From positions 744,001 through 808,000 of the forward strand of contig CDROCS010000706.1 of the NCBI GenBank assembly GCA_977020255.1: DNA of 64,000 bases, read 5' to 3'. The translations under genes and the position numbers were made by a program. This document shows positions 34,601 through 47,328 of this stretch, one piece after another. Under the pieces are notes generated by a model. It was not told the origin of the DNA, did no database searches, and saw nothing but the letters and a program-made list of their open reading frames with translations. Source of the stretch: Obrimoposthia wandeli. Lineage: Eukaryota. Position 1 is the first letter of the stretch, and every line of letters begins with the position of its first letter.

Positions 34601-35879
34601 GAACCGTTCGCAATGTTATTATTTTATCTGGCCTCTTTATTCTAAATACCATTCTTTCATATTGATAAGCTATGATATTATTATTTTTTCAAACCCACAA
34701 AAAAACTTGTCTAAATCTTTTTGTAATTCCTTCCTGTCTTCTTACTCCAACTTAATAGCCATATGCAATCATCGTTTTAACTATTCCTTTATCTTTTTGG
34801 AATAGTCAACATAATTACCCAGTAGGCGGATGTGTCTCCTTTCTCCAGCTTCATATTCACTTCTTTGCCTGTCTAAAATACTCGAATCACTAAATTGCGC
34901 CTTCTCACGAGTTGGGTTTTTATTAAACGCTTTCCCAGCATTCCTTTACTAAAATTCTTCTCTTTGTTACCCTTTGTTTGAAAATTAAAATAATGAAATG
35001 TACTATACGTACATTTCATAATGTGACTCAGCATTCTTGTTGAGTCCCTTTGTTGCTTGTAGAAAAGGATTGGCCAGTACCAGGCCTAATTATTTTATTG
35101 CAATTTAGAGTGCATGTTTTTGTTGTGGTTTGTGATAATAATGTGAAGCTTCAATCTGATCTTTAGTGCAGTGTAAATGTTTAGTAAAGTTTGATTCAGT
35201 GCAGTTTGTAGCAGTATTTTTTGTTGTTATATCGACGTTGAAGAATATATTATTAAAGGCACTTTCGATGGCTTTTAGAAAACAGAATTAGATTCTGAAT
35301 GAGCATGAACGGATGCGTGGAGTTAAAACTAACTTTAATCAACATGCCCGTAAATTCGAAAAGATTTTATGTTTACCTACACAAAAGATGGGCAGATATG
35401 TCGAAGCGATTTAAGAAGTTCTATGTGAAAATATGTGGCTTAGTTCGAGTCGATCAGTAACTTGTGAAAACTGGAACAATGGTGACGTTTACGTGTGCTC
35501 ATAATCTCAAGTTATTGAAATTTAGTGCTGAAGCTCGTTCAACGATGTTAGATGAAGTTGAGGCATGAAGAGTATGGAGAATGAGTTTCAGTTGAGCCAT
35601 AACCAAAGGCTGCAAGATAGTCCCTGTGATTGAAAAGGGGTTGATAGACTGCGAATGTACCAGTCAATGCTGACAGAAATGGTAAACTGGCAATTGCCAG
35701 TGAAAACAGTGCATCAGCAGGCAGCTCTGCGGCACCTGGGGAGGCCGCAGTGTTTCGGTTGGCGTAGCGTTCGTAAACGCACAGCCTTCGAGTTTGGCGA
35801 CAAATACAGGATCCCATGAACATAGACAAATATGTAATAATTCTGATCTGACAGCAAATGGAACTACCGATGTAGTTGA

Positions 35880-36285
35880 CTTAAGTAGACTGGGGATACA
35901 TGGATCGCAATAGTGTAGCTCCGTTATCAGGTTTTGTTTTGAAGCGGCTAAATTCGATCCCAAGGCAGGTTATAAACTCCGAAGATATCACTAATGTTGT
36001 CATGATTTCTGTAAGTGTGGTAGAGGATGAAGCGTACACATATCTTGTTTTGAATCAGCTGAAATCATGCTTTCAAGTTTGTGGATTTAAAGCTCCAGGA
36101 TTTGGAGATAATCGTAAAAATACAATGCAAAATACTTCTATTGATCATATAGTTTTTGGTGCTGGAGCCAGAACTTTCAAGTTGGAAAATGTTCAAAATC
36201 ACGATATTGGCAAAGCACAGACAGTTATTATTACTAAAGACGGTACTTTGGGTAGGGAAGGAAAATACGAAGCAGATATTTTTAT
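35880..36285 (+). pseudogene. HSPD1: Intronless, degenerate HSP60/GroEL apical-domain fragment
   Basis: VEDEAYTYLVLNQLK..FQV..FKAPGFGDNRKN...VFG...LENVQNHDIGK...V.ITKD. Small deletions; equatorial domains absent. Confidence 0.8.
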
Positions 36286-36459
36286 GTGGCTTGTAGTGTA
36301 TTGCACTATTGGTTCCTAATGGGTTAAATTAATTAAAGTAAACAAATTAACTTTATTTGCTAATTACCCGACACAGTGAAAGTCAAACTGATACAGAATT
36401 CTGACGATATAATCACTGTATTCAATACATTTTTAGAATAAAATTGGTAAAACACAGAT

Positions 36460-39400
36460 CTAGGAGACGGTCTCCGCATTTGGCGACTGACTGCGGTGCC
36501 GTTTTTGAATCATCTTGTCTGTGAATGTCGGAGACGGCGCTGCCGGGATCCTCAACTCAGCACGGACCTCGTAGATAGGCTTCTCCCAGTTCTTCTCGAA
36601 GTAGTAGAACATTATGGTGCGGCTTTCGTGTGCCACCTTCAAGGCATACGCGTAGTGGGTCTTGCGGAAGTGCTGCATTTGTCTGCTTGGGAGAAATTTA
36701 GAAGTAACTGATGTTAGTCATACCGTATTCGTTCTATGTATGGTACTGTAAACGAACCAGAATGTGTAGATATGTTTTTCGTGTTTATGATGCTCGTGCT
36801 CACACAACCACGGTCAATTACAGTCAGTGGCCAGCTTATTCCCCAGACCGGAATGTTTTTGAAATTGTGAGGAATATTTATCGAAAAACGAATGATATTT
36901 CTGGAGAATGAGACAATTTGTCTTTTGAAGATGTTCAAATCATTTATACAGCTTTTCCTAAGAGATTAATAAAAGTTATTAGTAAATTTTTGTTGTTGTT
37001 TGATAATAAATAATATTTAATGTGTTTATCAGTTTATAATTTTTTTATAAATTCACATCGCTACAAAATTTTGTTACTCAAAAAAAGAACACTTTTATAT
37101 TTATCAAAAATATTCAAGGTAGCGATAATCTTACAATACTTCATTTGACTTTGATATAACGTTAAAGTATTTGAACTTTATTGAACCAAACCTCTTGTTG
37201 TGCCATTAAAATGTGTCCCTAATTTAAATCGTTACATTGTATATATATATTGGGCAACTCCACCATGTCGACTATGAATTGAAAAAGCTTGCTACAACTT
37301 GACCAACAGTTCTAATTTTGTCCCAATTGCACTGAATTATCAAGATCTGTATGTGCGTGTCACGTGAGTGGTGGTCCACCCACTTGGGACGTAGGCGCAG
37401 AGAGCCGAATAGACCCCCAGCCACACACATGGGCAGGCCGGTCTGGATACCCTCCACCCACTTGACCACGACCTCGCCAAGCATGCTCGTAGGCTGGTCC
37501 AACAACAGGTGGGTGAGGTCGTGTACCTCTCTGTAGCGTTGCATCACATAGGCCAGCACTGGCGAGTCGATGAAAGCCACATCAGTTCGGTCATCACACG
37601 AGTAGCCCTGCATACATTATCATAATAAATCAGCATTAACTAATTTGTAAGTAACAAAATGAAAATTAAATGATTAAGTTTTTTTATTTGTATTAAGAAA
37701 ACATTTTTGACAACAACTTTAGTTAAAATAACGAAATGTATTTAGATTTAGATTCCCTTAACGTCACCTACCGATACCACCGCAACCAAAAAGTTGCAAT
37801 TAAAATATTAGTAGCTTAGATAAAGTGTTCAGCGAATATACAAATTCCTAAATTAGCAATTTAAATATTTTAAATTACTATAAAGAAATCTGATTTCCAA
37901 ATAGTTGCTGTAATTATTCACTGTCAACGCATGTTGATAGAAAATGTGATTTCGTGAAGAAAACAGTGGAAAATAGCTTACAATGGATTGTATTTCATCG
38001 ACTTGCTTTTCTTCTGTAATTTCCGAAAATCTTATTTTAACAGCTCTACACAAATTCAATACGAATTTGATAAGCAGAACTGGCGATGTGGGTAAAATTA
38101 ATTTTAATTAAAACTTTGGTTCTAAAGATATTATGAGGAATTTAAACTCATATACTGTAAAAATGGAAATTTTAAAGAACTTGCCCAGTCTTTTATCAAT
38201 TCAGTTCGCAAATAAGTGATTCGAGGAAGAAATAACATATCCACTGCCGACTAGTAATGCTGCATATCAAATATGTAAATTGCTATTTAGAATTGGATAT
38301 TATATTTTACCACGAAAATCGACATGTCCCATTGAGCATATTTTTGCAAACTGAATTGATAAACGACATGGAACCTAACGTCAAATGACAACACACCAAA
38401 CTTCACCAGCCAAAAAATCCCCGTGCCTAATATATCTTAACTGAACTATGCAACATGCCAAATCTCCTTAAATTCTCCTATTAAAACAGCATATTTAATT
38501 TTTTAAAAATCGTTCTGTAAAATAAATTTTCCTTTTTCTTTAAATTGTGCAAAATATCCATATTGATAAAATAATAAAAATGTAATTTCAGTCAAAAATC
38601 GAAAAGTTTTGTCTAAAAGTTATCCGGAAATGAATTCTAAGTGAACATGTGAGCTTTAGAAATGCTAGATCTAGTAACTTCAACATTGTGTAGATCGAAA
38701 AATATTATTGAAAAACTTGAATGAGTTTCGAACAATCTGATGATGTATCGAAGTCAGGTTTATATTCTCAGACCAGTAAAGCCTCACAGACAACTCTCTA
38801 ATAATAATGTTAAAATCATTTTTCTAAACAGTAAATTCTGGAAAATTATTAGATTATTTTCGCTTACTACAACTCATTCTATGATAAAGGATTGAGCTCT
38901 ACTGGGTTGCTTATATTATCTAGTTCTGTGCAGATATGACGATTTAGTTCTCCTATATACGATGCAAAAGATGTGAAGGAAATTAAAACAAAAAATCAGA
39001 TTTATAAGCTCACATATGAATCCAAAAACTCTACTGAACTCTACTGGGTTGCTTATATTATCTAGTTCTGTGCAGATATGACGATTTAGTTCTCCTATAT
39101 ATGATGCAAAAGATGTAAAGGAAATTAAAACAAAAAAGCAGATTTATAAGCTCACATATGAATCCAAAAACTGGGTGTAGCATCGACCAAGAGTTCCTTC
39201 TGGCAATTTCCGCAAAGCATCGAAATCAACAGTAGATGAACGAATTCGAGGTCGATCCCTGAAAAAAGAAACTATACATTTTCAGAAGAATTTATCATTG
39301 GATATTTGACAACAATAATTGTCAAAGGCTAATTTTCATTTCAGTGCGACGTCATTTGCTAAAAGAATCGTTTACTAAACCATTTAAACTATCCAAGACC

Positions 39401-41086
39401 TAGAAAATTGGTTGTATTAAAGCAATCGTTTTGGTTAATTTTTCTAACTTTTATAAACACTGTATCGCCTTAAAATTCTAAAATAAAACAGAGGTATATT
39501 TTGATTCAGACAGTACAAATAAAATTTAGTAACTGTTAATGTGATTTCTGCACATGATTTCTTGAGCATATTTCTACTCGTATTGGTGACGCCAAAAATA
39601 TTTACTGCAAAGTGGAATCTATCTTTCCCACTTAGATTTCTTCACGAGCCATTTAAGAATCCAGACTTCCACTCCGTAACTCTACTAATTCGTGCCGTAA
39701 AAATAGAAAATACCTTAAAATTGCATAGCCATCGAGATCTTCTTCCATGCGCTTGTAAAGAGTGTCCAGAACCAACGGTGCACTTGTCTCTCCAAATGTC
39801 GATATCATTTCTAGAGAAAGAAAAGCAGTTACTTATAATATTTATATTTTAGTATTTGAATCAAAGAAATTTAGAAAACAAGTTGTATTTTATGAACTCG
39901 GTATGTATACAAACTTGAAAACATTTTAATGAATCAAATCTGAGGTAATGGCACAAAAGAACTTTAAAGTTTATGGCAATATCTCGTTTTAAGTATGTCA
40001 ATTATAAAATTTAAATGAATTTAAATAAAAGAAAACACTGTAAAGAGCCATAAGTAGTCAGTAAATGCATTAAAATTGATTTCAGAAGACATCAAAACGT
40101 TCCTTGCTCAAAGTTGCCGATTTTTAAAGTCTCTTTGAATAATATTTTTTATCATTATTAAATTGGAGTTATTTTAAATATATTTAACGCTAATATAGTA
40201 TTATTGTAGACTGTCCTATTGCATTAATTGGCGATAGAGCAAATTTCCCTATTTAGTACATGATCTGCCCATAATAACAACAGCATTGATGCAACTATTG
40301 AGTGGTTGACATCAGTGACATCTACCAAATTAATATCACTGTTGTAACCAGCAAATACCTTTACCTCGTACCGTAGAGATTGATTATTTTAAATATACAG
40401 GTGAAAATCTGAAGTATCTGAACACAAAATATTACAAATTTATGTAGGTACTGAAGTTTTTTACTCACCTATTTCAAAATTTGTATTCTAAGCAAGGAAT
40501 TCAATCAGAATGTGTTCAATTTGAGTTAATTACATTAGTTACATTACGGAAATGAAATCATTTCATATCAGTTGAAAAAAAAACGATTAAGTACTTTTAA
40601 ATATTCATTCCAGGACATATTCTATAATAAATGCATACTTAAAATTCCCTAACTTCAAAAATATTGTGCCGAAAATAGACAAAATATCAATTATCAAAAA
40701 TTGAATATTCTTCCTGAAATTTAGACAGTTAATTTGTTTAGTATTTTTATAGTATACTCATTTAACGAATTATTTAATTTATTGCTAAAAATTGAAATCA
40801 AGTATAACCTTATTTATTAATAATTTCAGTTTTATAACCTTGTCTCCATGGTTGGAAAAATGAAAGAACTCCGGATCCCAGCATTAATGCTGCTTTTTGT
40901 AATGTTGAAGTCGGAATATGACCAGGATACTTAATTTCGTCATGCTGTTCTTCTGAGTCGTGTCTAACATCAATATGCTCTAATAAATTAGTAAATACTG
41001 CAGCCCTTTTAATTACCTTGATTTATAAAAGTTATAAATCTTTGAGGTAAGATAATTAGTTTCTTGATATTTCTACAAGTAATCAT
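36460..41086 (-). CDS. COQ4: Ubiquinone biosynthesis protein COQ4; exons 41017-41086, 40839-40979, 39714-39810, 39156-39258, 37384-37607, 36460-36682 (285 aa)
   Basis: All junctions are GT/AG and phase-consistent (858 nt). Basic presequence-like N-terminus, [20 protein letters not shown]...[17 protein letters not shown] (HDxxH), [23 protein letters not shown]. Confidence 0.95.
38897..39172. repeat. Local duplication (two 134-bp copies, period 142) including the COQ4 exon-4 donor site
   Basis: 38897-39030 matches 39039-39172. Confidence 0.9.
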
Positions 41087-41450
41087 TCTACAAAAGGATA
41101 TTTTTCAACAACAAATTTTTTCCACAACAAGATATATAACATCGACCTTGATTTTAATAAGAACATGTTTATTACAGGACTCGAGATTTCAGTGTGCAAA
41201 TTTATATTAAAATTAAAACCACATGATTAAATAGATAATGTAGGTAAACATATACAAATATCTCTATAAATAAGCACATTTAATCTATAAAATGCTCAGA
41301 ACCCATCCTGTCCGATTAGTTGATTCCAATAAAAGTATTTGCACTTGATATTTCATAAAACCTACGGAGATATTCTATTCCAACAACGGTTTTACCCTTA
41401 ATTTGACCAAAGATTTAATATATTTTCAGATTTTTGATCATGTAGATCTC

Positions 41451-41870
41451 AAATTATCTCTATAAATATTATAAATATCTCTATAAACTTTATTAGATCA
41501 TGATTAAAATAATATATCTTTTTTATAAGCTGACAATTTTAAAATAATATTAAATGTTTATTTAAATAATTTTATTACATAAAGGTAGTTAAATTATCTC
41601 TATAAATATTATAAATATCTCTATAAACTTTATTAGATCATGATTAAAATAATATATCTTTTTTATAAGCTGACAATTTTAAAATAATATTAAATGTTTA
41701 TTTAAATAATTTTATTACATAAAGGTAGTTAAATTATCTCTATAAATATTATAAATATCTCTATAAACTTTATTAGATCATGATTAAAATAATATATCTT
41801 TTTTATAAGCTGACAATTTTAAAATAATATTAAATGTTTATTTAAATAATTTTATTACATAAAGGTAGTT
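41451..41870. repeat. 140-bp tandem repeat x3 upstream of COQ4
   Basis: AAATTATCTCTATAAATATT... starts at 41451, 41591 and 41731. Confidence 0.95.
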
Positions 41871-42204
41871 AAAAGATAGAGAGCATTTGTTATAAAAAAA
41901 ATAATAAAATTATAATATTAAAATTTTACAAATTTATTATAAAGGCTAATTTCTTTATAATTTTAAAAAGAAAAAATCAGCTTTAATAGTTAATTGTAGT
42001 GTTTTTTAAACATGCCCGTTTGATGTGTATTCTGAAATGTTTAATAATATTACAGTTTCTTACTGCTAATGACAAACTATTGCTATACTTATATGTATCA
42101 ACGTGGTAAAATATTCTCTCTTTGATTATATCTTTGAAATGCTAATATTCGATTAAAGACAATACTTCTAAAATTAATCGAAGCTTGATTTTTACATTCT
42201 AGAT

Positions 42205-42725
42205 CAGTGATGCTCAACCCTTTTTCTGTTGCGGTACACTTTTAACGATTTCAAAATTTGGCGGCACACGAAGAAAACGATAAGTTTAAAAATTATTTAC
42301 TTACCTATAACACACTGCGTAAAATAGTTTATGATAATAATTTTAAATGTGCGAAATAAATTAATATGTACTACAAAAATAACAGTACGTTTATTAAGGG
42401 ATTAATTACAAGTTAATAATAAGAATACTTTTAATGCGAAATTTGAGCTTGATGTTTTTTGATAATTTCATTTATCTTTGGTCGTAAAAAGTTAACAGTT
42501 AAAATAAATAAAATGATACCTTTAAACAAAATAATATTTAAAAACAAATAATGAAATAATTTTAAAAAATTTATGGATTAAATATCTATTCCTGTTAAAA
42601 GAATTTTTATTTAAAAATCATATTATTTAATAATATTAACTTAATTATGTATCTAAAACTTGGCTTTCACTTTTAGAATTTCACGGCACACAAAAGTGCC
42701 GCGGCACAGTGGTTAAGAATCACTG
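42205..42725. mobile_element. hAT (Charlie-like) MITE, 521 bp
   Basis: TIRs CAGTGATGCTCAACC / GGTTAAGAATCACTG. 8-bp TSD TTCTAGAT / TTCTAAAT. Confidence 0.88.
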
Positions 42726-45700
42726 TTCTAAATAAAAAACTCTTTTGTTATATTTTTATTGAAATGCCTATAATATTAATACATATAGTAGTGGCTTAGT
42801 TTAATAAATTTTTTTTTATTTCACTTATTCTTCTTATTTAATACATATTTTAATAAAATAATAAACTTGAGAACCACAGTTTTTGAAATTTTAGATTCGA
42901 TATTTTGCTAATTTATTTGTATTATCGAACTTAAATAGCTTTTTAACTATATTAAATATTTCTAAGCATTTTATAATCCCAAGTCAATGAATTATGTCTT
43001 TATTCATTAACTTTCAGATATCTAATAAACAACATGCTTCTTATTTCATCAATTAAATTTTCTTTTTTCATAAAAAAATTTTAATTACAAAAGTTATTAG
43101 AAGTCAAAATATAAGTTATAATTTTATCACTACCAATAATTTAAAGACCAATAAATTCATGTCAACTTTGTCAACTCAGCAAAGTGGAGAATAAAGCTGG
43201 GGTTTTGTCTGGAGCTAGCCGTCCATGAGTCCTCACCTCAGCCATGAGAGATGAGAAAGCCATGGTTGACCTGAGATTTGTTCAATTGTCAACTCAGCAA
43301 AGGGTAGAATAATGTAAATTTGATAATAAAAATGAATTAAACCAAATAATATATATAAAATATTTCAATTATATAATTATTTTCAATTATAATAATAAAA
43401 GTATTTATTCTAATAATTATTTAAATATTACTTTATGTAAAAGATTTATAATATTTGTTAAAAATATGAATTTTCAATATTTTTGACATGTGAATTTGAA
43501 AATATTAATATTTTTTAAATTATTGCAATATATATTTTAAAGAATTTTTCTATGTTATGAAAATAAAATCGGGTAAAATCATTATAAAGTACTAATTCGT
43601 ATCTGTATTTGAAATTGGCTTTTTTGGTACTATGTATGTTATGTTATACTCAATATATGTATTTATTACAAAAATATTAAGTTTACTAAAAAAAATCTCA
43701 ATATGTCTGTTGGATTCATTAGTAGTCGATTTTTTGAATTTCCATATATTTAAATCAATTGTATATTTTGAATTATATCTATTTCAATTAGGTCTAAAAT
43801 CGTAGCATATGAGTTCTATTTAATTTGTTTGTTTTAATATTTCAACTATATTAGTACGGAAAATACCTAAAATATATTTACAAGTTAATTAATTATAATT
43901 TAAAGATATTTTAGAAGTATAATAGTTTTTAAATAAAACATAATTTATTTATCACAAATGAATTCTATAAAATTATGAAAATGAAATTGTTTTAACATAG
44001 AAAACATTATTAAACATTATTTTTATTAATAAGTCGATAATATAGTTTTAGTATTTTAATAAGAAAAATTACTTCAAGGATATATTTTTAATAATTAAAT
44101 TATTACATTTTGAAAATTTAATTTTTATACTAAAAATATTTCTATATTTTGTTTCATATTTAATTTTAGTGATACATTGTCATGCTTTAATAAACCTACC
44201 AAATTTGTAAAGTTTTTTGGTTGTATTTTATGCAATAGCACTTAATATTTTTTATATTTGCCACTTTTCTGGATAGTTCATTAATTTCTTTTATCATTTA
44301 TTTTAATTGAAGAATTTCTAAATATAGTATATATCATCTGAAAAAAATAAATTTTCAAATTTACAAATTAAAGTACCATATAAAAGCACTTCAAATAATT
44401 TATAATCGTAAATCTAGGGTTAAATCAATTTAAAGGTTTTTCAATTCAAATTAGTCTTTTTTTACGTTTTAGAGTATTAAAACTATAGGGCCTTTACAGA
44501 ATTTATGTTAGTGAAACTATCGATTTTTTATTTAATTGACTATGATTGATTTTTTTATTCTTCTGATCGTTTTTCTAATTCAAGAAACTGGTGCATATTT
44601 TATGCACACACCATTTTTTAGATCCGAATAATAAATAGTGAAAGGTTAATTATTCTGAAAAATAATAACATATTAACAATTAATATGATGACCGGTTAAC
44701 ATAAACTGAATTAAATTGAAGACATTTGAATTTGAAGGGTTGTTTCTTCAAAAAAATAATTTATTATTTACAAAGTTTTGATTATGCATGTAAATTGTCA
44801 TTGTGAACTATTATCATGTAGATTGAAAGGCTATATGGAAAGAAAGTTGCAATCCATATAATGAATTCTTTTGGAAATTATATTGTGATGATCTTAGAAT
44901 ATTATTTTAAAATTGAGTATATAATATATATGATTTGATATTTAATTATTAAAATTTATAATTTTATTTAAGGAATTCCAATTTTTTCACGAATTTTTAT
45001 ATTTTTTTACAATTTTCATACATATCGATATTCTAAAGACAATAAGATATTCGTTGTATGTTTTGAAAATAACAATAAAAATTCAACAGACATTATATTT
45101 ATGAGGTTAATTAATTAAAATTAAATGAAATGAATGAATTTATAATTTTTATTAGGGGTACTCAATTGATTTTAATAAAAAAAGAAATAAAATAATTAGT
45201 TGAATATCTGAAGCAAAATTTTCAAAATCTTAACTAATTAACAAACTGAGTAATTTCATCTGATGACTATAAATTACTTACAGATTAGTCAGACGGGACA
45301 GAGTTACCCTTGTGAGAGTGGAAGTCACTGAAGCAAACGAAAAAACTCGCCAGTGAAAAATTGATCGATGTTTCCCATATCCCAAATATTCATATTGATT
45401 CAAAAGACCGTGCTAAATTAAGAAGTAGACACAATAGCAAATGAAAATTAGTGACGACAGAAAAATGGTGACTACAACCAACTATAAAATTTAGTTATCG
45501 ACTGTCATTACAATGCTGGAAACAATATAAACTAAGATTGAAAATTATTAACTAAAATTTTCATCAACCGAACGACATTCTTCTCAATCAAAAAGTAAAC
45601 ATTTGCTACAGCCGAATCACGTGGAAATAGAAAATATTTAATTGAAAATTAAAATTGGATATTTTATTCGATTTCATCATGTAATGAATTGTTTAAACTA

Positions 45701-47328
45701 CAACTTAAACACAATGCTTACGATCAAACACGATATAAGCCAAGAAATATTATTACAATATACGATTTAATAAAAACAGTAACAATAATATATTTAATAC
45801 AGAGCTAATATCTAATAAAACTATATGGTTTATTTCTTAAAGGGACTTCCTGTTTCCATTTTTCTACATAATATTTTAATAATACTTTTGAAATTTTTAG
45901 AGTTTTAGGCATTTTCATATATGTAGTCATATATAAGGTTATTAAAACGAAAATCAAAACAAATATAAAAAATACTTATGGTTCTAAAATAAAGTTCCTT
46001 GATAATTTGCTAAAAAACTTTCTTCATAAAACCACAAATTATTGCAAAATCAAATCTAATACACGAAAAATGACACAAAAATTGGACTAATAAATCTTTT
46101 ATGAATAAATTATTACTTGAACATGAATATATCTTTAGATATAAAGCATTATTAAGTGCAATTCTTTTTTTGTTGGAATCATCTGCTATGTTGCAAAACG
46201 TTTCCTGTAATTTATAATTTTAAATATCTATATTGAATTTACTTTTTTAGTCATCTGTTTGTAATTTAGACTAAACATTTTTACCGGTAAAACTCGAGTC
46301 CTGATCTATTTAAATTGTTAAAAAATACTAATAATGTTTTCTAAAAAATATAATGTTTAATAAAATCCACAAAAAATATGATCCAAATAGATTTTAATAT
46401 GTTTTTTTAAAGTTACAGTGACAGTCAACAGCATTATTTTGTTTCATTTTTATAATGATAATATTGTTAAAATATTAGTTCTGGACAAAAAATATTGAAA
46501 AACAAACTTATTTTTATTCTTAATATTATTTGACGTTGTGCAGGATTTGTTACGAAATCTATTAATTTTTAAATAATCTATAAATTTTTATCCATATAAA
46601 AAATAAGCAGTCACAATTTTAAATGTTAAAAATGATGGTGTAGTAGTATTTCAATCTGTTTGAAAAATATAATGATGTATGGCTAAAATATTTATATTAA
46701 TTATATTTTTTTAAACATACATTATTTACCATTTTACTATGTTTTGTATTGAAAACTTAAAGAAACTTTAACTTATAATTTTATAAAATGAATTATTGTT
46801 AAATTAATAATAACATAAATATTTGCCAATTCGGAATTTGTCATTAATGCTTGCACCTGTAATTCAGCACAGATAAAGAAATTAATCATTCATTGGCTTA
46901 AAATTAGTCAATTTACACTTTTTTAATAATTAGGTCAACGAAAATTTGTGACAGATTCTCAGCTTAATTGCTATCATAATTGTGTGAACTGCTGTGTAGT
47001 ACACTTGAAGTTCGATACGCCTATGGCGTGACAATGTAACAGTCTTCGGCGTCAAAAAATTGATTGACTGAACTTTGAAAATCAAAGATATTCACTAATT
47101 CTCATTTTTATGACAATTATAATTCTAGTTTGGGCTGAATAGGCAGTCAATTTAGCGTTTTTTTAAGATTGATTACTGTTTATTTTAGGTTTTGATTTTC
47201 ATAAATTATTATATGCAATAAAAGTTTCGTTTTTATTTAGTTTATAACTACCTGTTAACCTACCTGTATAAATCATAATCATTTACATATAAATTTTGTT
47301 AAAATAATTGAGTGGAGGATTGCAGATT

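Larger units (their letters stand above)
29290..34980 (-). mobile_element. Decayed BEL/Pao LTR retrotransposon (PR-RT-RH-IN)
   Basis: NALLDDASTTSYV (protease); LPHFPVIRRDKTTTKIRIVF (RT); HLFVDA...LVMGKARV...LPRLE (Pao RNase H); GVDFAGP, RAVHL, ISDNGTNF, PAAPHFGGVFE (integrase); WKRWMSE...GQLVWV (C-terminal domain). Many stops and frameshifts. Confidence 0.92.

Noticed and set aside
43300-47300. Very AT-rich tract
   Set aside because: No ORFs, repeats with defined ends or motifs I can support.
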